This document shows positions 59,656-64,000 of a stretch of DNA of 64,000 nucleotides, piece by piece. Location: assembly GCA_913776825.1 (NCBI GenBank), contig CAJYPV010000009.1:5357-69356 (forward strand), in the 5' to 3' direction. The stretch comes from Burkholderiaceae bacterium (GTDB taxonomy: Bacteria; Pseudomonadota; Gammaproteobacteria; Burkholderiales; Burkholderiaceae_C). Positions within the stretch are counted from its first letter, which is position 1. Each line of letters opens with the position of its first letter. The notes under the pieces were generated by a model. The model saw only the letters and a list, made by a program, of their open reading frames with translations. It had not been told where the DNA came from and ran no database searches. Made by a program: the position numbers and the translations under genes.

Positions 59656-60123
59656 TCAAAGGCCCAGGAATTGCGGCCACACAGGGATCACCAGATTCAG
59701 GCCCCAGACGAAGATCGCCCAGCTGCCCACGGTCAGGATGACACTGCTCAGAAGGGCGTCGCGCCAGCGGAATTCATCGCTGGCAAAGGACGCGGTGGTG
59801 ATCAGCAGCGGCAGGGTGACCGCCAGGCCCAGACGCGGCAGAGCCACGCCGAACAGCACGATCGCGCCGACCACGATCAGCAAGGGCCGCCAGGCCACCG
59901 GACCGATGGGCTGGCCGCCCTCGGATTCGATGGTCAGCGCCTTGAAGAGCACGGTGGCCCCGAGGATGGCGAGCAGCACGCCCAATCCGAAGGGGAAGTA
60001 ACCAGGCCCGGGACGGGCCGACGTGCCAAAGCTGTAGTTGCTGATCGAGCCCCACGCAAACGCGACGCCGACAATCACAAACAACAGCCCTGACCAGAAG
60101 TCGCGTTGACTCTTGATCTTCAT
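59656..60123 (-). CDS. tctB: Tripartite tricarboxylate transporter small permease TctB
   Basis: 155 aa with 4 TM segments, immediately upstream of tctA. Confidence 0.8.
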   Translation of the reverse strand: MKIKSQRDFWSGLLFVIVGVAFAWGSISNYSFGTSARPGPGYFPFGLGVLLAILGATVLFKALTIESEGGQPIGPVAWRPLLIVVGAIVLFGVALPRLGLAVTLPLLITTASFASDEFRWRDALLSSVILTVGSWAIFVWGLNLVIPVWPQFLGL

Positions 60124-60282
60124 CGAGGAAACCTCTTGCGGCTTGAATGGCGGCGATTCTAGGCAGCGCGATTCAGGCCTCTTCTGTGGTTTCCACGTAA
60201 AACCGCAACGCGCGAGAAGATCGACACCATCGGGCCTCCCGGCCGTGGCGAAATCCCCTTCCCGGCCTAGCGCAAACCCCGA

Positions 60283-62241
60283 TCAGGTCTCCCAGCTCGG
60301 CGTGCTACGCAACACCTCATCCAGCGTGGTGACGCCTTCGGCGACCTTCATCGCACCGGCCAGACGCAAGGGTCGCAAGCCTTCCTGCACCGCCAGGCGG
60401 CGCATCGCCGGGATGTCGGTGTGCGGATGCAGCTGCTTGCGCACGGTGTCGCTGAGCATCAGCAGTTCATACAGGCCGGAGCGGCCCCGATAGCCGGTGT
60501 TGCGGCAGTCCAGGCAACCGACCGGCTTGTAGGGCTTGATGGCGCCATTGAGGCGCCAGGGTTTGAACATCTCGTCCAGCGATTCGCGCGAGACCTCCGG
60601 ATCCGGCTGCTTGCAGTTGGGGCACAGCGTGCGCACGAGCCGCTGAGCCAGCACGCCGATGACGGTCGCATCGATCAGGTAGTTCGGTACGCCCAGGTCG
60701 GTCAGCCGGGTGATGGCCGAGATCGAATCATTGGTGTGCAGCGTGGAGAAGACCAGGTGGCCGGTCAGCGAGGCCTGGATCGCCATCTCGGCCGTTTCCA
60801 GGTCGCGGATTTCGCCGACCATGATGATGTCGGGATCCTGCCGCATCAGCGCCCGCAGGCCTTCGGCGAAATTGAAATCCAGCACCGACTGCACCTGCGA
60901 CTGATTGAACGCGGGCTCGATCATTTCGATCGGGTCCTCGATGGTGCAGACGTTGACCTCGTCGGTCGCCAGCCGCTTGAGCGTGGAATAGAGCGTCGAG
61001 GTCTTGCCGCTGCCGGTCGGACCGGTCACCAGGATGATGCCGTGCGGCCGGCTGGTGAGCCGGTTCCAGCGCTCGGCATCATGGTTGGAGAAGCCCAGCT
61101 GGGCCAGGTCCTTGACGGCGGTGTCGGGATCGAAAATCCGCATCACCATTTTTTCGCCGAAGGCGGTCGGCAGCGTCGACAGACGCATTTCGACTTCCTC
61201 GCCGGCGGGGTTGCGGGTCTTGATGCGGCCATCCAGCGGGCGGCGTTTCTCGACCACATCCATGCGGCCCAGCAGCTTGATGCGCGAGGTCATCGCGCTC
61301 ATCACCGACGGCGGCAGTTGGTAGACCGTGTGCAGCACGCCGTCGATGCGGAAGCGGATCACGCCCATCTCGCGGCGCGGCTCCAGGTGGATGTCGCTGG
61401 CGCGCTGGTCGAAGGCGTATTGCCAGAGCCAGTCCACCACCTGCACCACGCCCTGGTCGTTCGCGTCCAGCTGGCGATTGCTGCGGCCAAGCTCGACCAA
61501 CTGCTCGAAGCTGGCCGGCTGGTTCACCTCGCCCGAGGATTTGGTGGCGGCCCGCACCGAACGCGCCAGAGTGAAGAACTCGGTGGTGAAGCGGGCGATC
61601 TCCTGAGGACTGGCAAGCACCAGCTTCACCCGCTTGCGGGTGTGCGATTCGATCTGCGGCAGCCAGCCGGTGTCCAGCGGCTCGGCGGTGGCGATGGTGA
61701 CCTCGGTCAGTCCGACCTGGATCGGCAGGCAGCGACGCGCTTCCGCATAACTCGCCGACATCACATCCGCGACCCGGCCCACATCGACCTTGAGCGGATC
61801 GATGCGCACATAGCCCAGCTTGAGCCGACCGGCCAGCCATTCGGTCAGCGCCTCCACATCCATGGTGCGCTGGTTGTCTCGGCGCACCAGGCCCGCATTG
61901 GCCAGCCGCACCAGCGGATGCAGGGCGCTGTGCCCGGCGGCGAAACGCGTTTCGGTCTGCTGCGATTGTTCGGCGTCGATGACGCCGTCCTCCACCAACC
62001 AGCGCAGCAACTGGCGCCATTCCAGACGCTGCCCAACGCCCGCATCACCGGCCCGTTTCGCGCCTGCCGCAGATCCCGCGGCGGTCGTCGCGCCCTGTCC
62101 GGCGGACGAGCCGGACGAGGCCGCCGCACCGCTGGCCGTGCTCGCCGTGCTGGCGGCGCCGGTGGCGCTGGGACTCAGGTTGGAGCTGGGGCTGGGGCCG
62201 GCCTTGAGGCTGGGTTCGATCTTGGTGGAGGGAGTCTTCAT
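60283..62241 (-). CDS. GspE/PulE-family secretion/pilus-assembly ATPase with long N-terminal region
   Basis: Has Walker A GPTGSGKTST, Asp/His boxes, the tetracysteine CPNC...CLDC, and an Ala/Ser/Gly-rich N-terminus. Confidence 0.9.
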   Translation of the reverse strand: MKTPSTKIEPSLKAGPSPSSNLSPSATGAASTASTASGAAASSGSSAGQGATTAAGSAAGAKRAGDAGVGQRLEWRQLLRWLVEDGVIDAEQSQQTETRFAAGHSALHPLVRLANAGLVRRDNQRTMDVEALTEWLAGRLKLGYVRIDPLKVDVGRVADVMSASYAEARRCLPIQVGLTEVTIATAEPLDTGWLPQIESHTRKRVKLVLASPQEIARFTTEFFTLARSVRAATKSSGEVNQPASFEQLVELGRSNRQLDANDQGVVQVVDWLWQYAFDQRASDIHLEPRREMGVIRFRIDGVLHTVYQLPPSVMSAMTSRIKLLGRMDVVEKRRPLDGRIKTRNPAGEEVEMRLSTLPTAFGEKMVMRIFDPDTAVKDLAQLGFSNHDAERWNRLTSRPHGIILVTGPTGSGKTSTLYSTLKRLATDEVNVCTIEDPIEMIEPAFNQSQVQSVLDFNFAEGLRALMRQDPDIIMVGEIRDLETAEMAIQASLTGHLVFSTLHTNDSISAITRLTDLGVPNYLIDATVIGVLAQRLVRTLCPNCKQPDPEVSRESLDEMFKPWRLNGAIKPYKPVGCLDCRNTGYRGRSGLYELLMLSDTVRKQLHPHTDIPAMRRLAVQEGLRPLRLAGAMKVAEGVTTLDEVLRSTPSWET

Positions 62242-62245
62242 GCGC

Positions 62246-63043
62246 TCAATCCCGGATCTGGTTGATGATGTTCATCGGCAGCGGACGCACCAGCTTCAGC
62301 CACTTCTGCGCGGGCAGGTCGTAGCGAGATTCGATGTGGGCGGCGCGTTGTTCCAGCACCTCGCGCTCGGGCACGCTCACGCCGCGGCCGGCGACCACCA
62401 CGGTGTTGCCTTCGCGGGTGGGCGTGAGATGCCACACCTGGTCGGAGCCGAAGGCCCGCGCGATGCGGGCCGCGCTGCGGGCGAAACTGGCGCTGCGGCC
62501 GAACAGGTTGACCGTCATCAGGCCGCCATCTGCCAGCACGGCGCGGCAGTCGCGGTAGAAGGCTTCATCGTCGAGCACCGGCGCGGCGGCCTCGTGGTCG
62601 TAGAGGTCCACATTGAGCACTTGCGCCGTGCCCCAGTGATCGGCATCGGCCACCCAGGCGCCGGCATCGGCATTCACGACCTGGAAGCGCTCGTCATCGT
62701 CCGGCAGATGGAACCAGTGACGGCAGGCGCTGATGACGGTCGGATTGATCTCGACCGCCGTGGTCTTCATCTTGAGCTGCTTGCGGCAGAAGCGGCTGAT
62801 CGCGCCGGCGCCCAGGCCGAGCTGCACCGCCTGCCCCTGGTTCAGCTCCCGGCTGTCGCGCCAGAGCATCCAGGCCATCATGCGCTGGACATACTCCAGC
62901 TCCAGCCGATCGGGCTTCTTCACCCGCATGGCGCCCTGCACCCAGATCGAGTCCAGATGCAGGTAGCGCACGCCGTCGAATTCGCTGAGCGTGGCTTCGA
63001 CCCAGTCCACCTTGTTCTTGTTGTTGTCGCGTTTGTTGCTCAC
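62246..63043 (-). CDS. Spermidine-synthase-like class I methyltransferase-fold protein
   Basis: Contains VQLGLGAGA (SAM/dcSAM loop), VEINP and VDLYD. The start shown as M is GTG 63043, with no SD seen. Its stop is 4 nt before the GspE ATG. Confidence 0.72.
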   Translation of the reverse strand: MSNKRDNNKNKVDWVEATLSEFDGVRYLHLDSIWVQGAMRVKKPDRLELEYVQRMMAWMLWRDSRELNQGQAVQLGLGAGAISRFCRKQLKMKTTAVEINPTVISACRHWFHLPDDDERFQVVNADAGAWVADADHWGTAQVLNVDLYDHEAAAPVLDDEAFYRDCRAVLADGGLMTVNLFGRSASFARSAARIARAFGSDQVWHLTPTREGNTVVVAGRGVSVPEREVLEQRAAHIESRYDLPAQKWLKLVRPLPMNIINQIRD

Positions 63044-63226
63044 GGTGAGAGTCCGTTGTTCGGTGTCGGGCGTCAGGCCGATGGAGCGTCTCCAGCGGCT
63101 GATGGTGGCGTGGGTGATGAGATCGGCAGCGGCGCGATGTCGACAGGCAGCAGGCCGCGCCGACGCGTTCGCTTCAGCGCATCAGTGCATCCACGCCTGC
63201 GTCGGTGATGCCGGCGAGGCCTGGCG

Positions 63227-63832
63227 TCAACGATCGATCGACAACCACGATGTCGCCGGTGCCGCCAGTTGCTGCCACGCTCGCAGCTTCTCATCGTAGG
63301 GCATCGTGTAGGCCGGGCTGGACGACGGCAGCGCCAGGATCCGGTAAACCTTTGCAAGCGGGCCCAGTTGCCGCACGCCGAAGCGCGCGGCCGTGCCGCC
63401 GTTGAAACCGATGGTCTGCAGGTCCGGCAGCCGGGCGATGAGCCCTGCCAGGTTGCTGGCGTCCGGGCGGCGGATGGCGCTGTCCAGGCTGCCGGCGCGT
63501 TCGGTCTCGGTGATCACATCCCAGACGGCCACCCGATGGCGCCGCAGCGCGTCCAGCCGGTCCGGGTAGGACAAGGCGACCAGGTCCACGCCCAGCACAT
63601 CGCCGACCAGGCGCCAGAACTGATTGCGCGGATGACCGTAATACTGCTGCGCGCGCAGCGAGGCCACGCCGGGGAAACTGCCGAGCAGCAGCCAGCGCGC
63701 ATCCGGCGCGGCGACAGGCGCGAGCCCTTGCCAGCGCGGCTCGCGGGGGATCGTGGCGGCGTTGTCAGCGTCGTCGGCGTCGTCGTCGTCGGCCTGCATG
63801 GCGGCGGGACGCGGTTCCCTCGACCCCGTCAT
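63227..63832 (-). CDS. DNA-deoxyinosine glycosylase (UDG superfamily)
   Basis: Contains LLLGSFPGVASLRAQQYYGHPRNQFWRL and LPSSSPA. The N-terminal acidic extension makes the start uncertain. Confidence 0.72.
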   Translation of the reverse strand: MTGSREPRPAAMQADDDDADDADNAATIPREPRWQGLAPVAAPDARWLLLGSFPGVASLRAQQYYGHPRNQFWRLVGDVLGVDLVALSYPDRLDALRRHRVAVWDVITETERAGSLDSAIRRPDASNLAGLIARLPDLQTIGFNGGTAARFGVRQLGPLAKVYRILALPSSSPAYTMPYDEKLRAWQQLAAPATSWLSIDR

Positions 63833-63833
63833 G

Positions 63834-64000
63834 TCAGGACGTGGATGACGGCGATGGCGCAGCGGGCGCGCCCTCCGCCAGCGCCGCCAGCCGCGGCAGC
63901 GCTGCGTGCGCGTTGCGACGGGTCACGGCCTGCGCTTCTTCGAGCGTCCAGCCGCGCAGGGCCGCCAGGCTGGCGCCGATGCGCGGCAGCTCGCCGGGCT
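63834..64000 (-). CDS. TatD-family hydrolase, C-terminal end only (gene runs off the right edge)
   Basis: Not in the ORF track. Minus-strand frame reads ...PGELPRIGASLAALRGWTLEEAQAVTRRNAHAALPRLAALAEG...STS*, which resembles TatD C-termini. The stop is 1 nt before the next ATG. Confidence 0.6.
   Translation of the reverse strand, partial: PGELPRIGASLAALRGWTLEEAQAVTRRNAHAALPRLAALAEGAPAAPSPSSTS

Noticed and set aside
61966-62019. MshEN-type c-di-GMP-binding motif in the GspE-family N-terminus (WRQLLRWLVEDGVIDAEQ)
   Set aside because: Only the central LVxxGVI core matches. The flanking RLG and the downstream L...L..Q positions do not, so there is too little to claim.
60421-62265. 614-aa plus-strand ORF opposite the GspE-family ATPase
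   Set aside because: Shadow ORF. Walker A GPTGSGKT and the GspE boxes are on the minus strand.

Overview
High-GC chromosomal window that looks beta-proteobacterial (Burkholderiales-like). This is inferred from gene content and order: petABC-sspAB, hisIE-HIT-tatABC, Bug/TctC and TctAB transporters, and SlmA. I support about 60 protein genes, one tRNA-Thr, several intrinsic terminators, one LexA operator and three tandem-repeat arrays. I found no IS elements, integrases, CRISPR arrays or rRNA. Positions 1-37 kb and 50-64 kb are mostly housekeeping genes: argJ (partial), secA, sspAB, cytochrome bc1, mscL, pdxA, a DegS-like protease, tatABC, hisIE, slmA, argB and dtd. They also hold a LivFGHMK-type ABC importer flanked by two adenylate-forming ligases, a phasin, TctAB, a GspE-family ATPase and a TatD-family gene. 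The least ordinary stretch is about 38-50 kb. It starts with a LexA-box-controlled imuA-imuB-dnaE2 mutagenesis cassette. Directly after it come two paralogous cysteine-bearing proteins that I cannot assign to any family. Next are a GC-rich hairpin and an (AGYGGATC)8 octamer array. A membrane protein with a 23-aa micro-ORF (absent from the ORF track) follows on the other strand. The stretch ends with a wHTH/TPR-like protein and a lipoprotein-type class D beta-lactamase. Many long ORFs in the track are antisense shadow ORFs typical of high-GC DNA and were rejected. The track also renders GTG starts as M, and many track starts are N-terminally over-extended. All functional calls rest on motif recognition by eye; no database search was possible.
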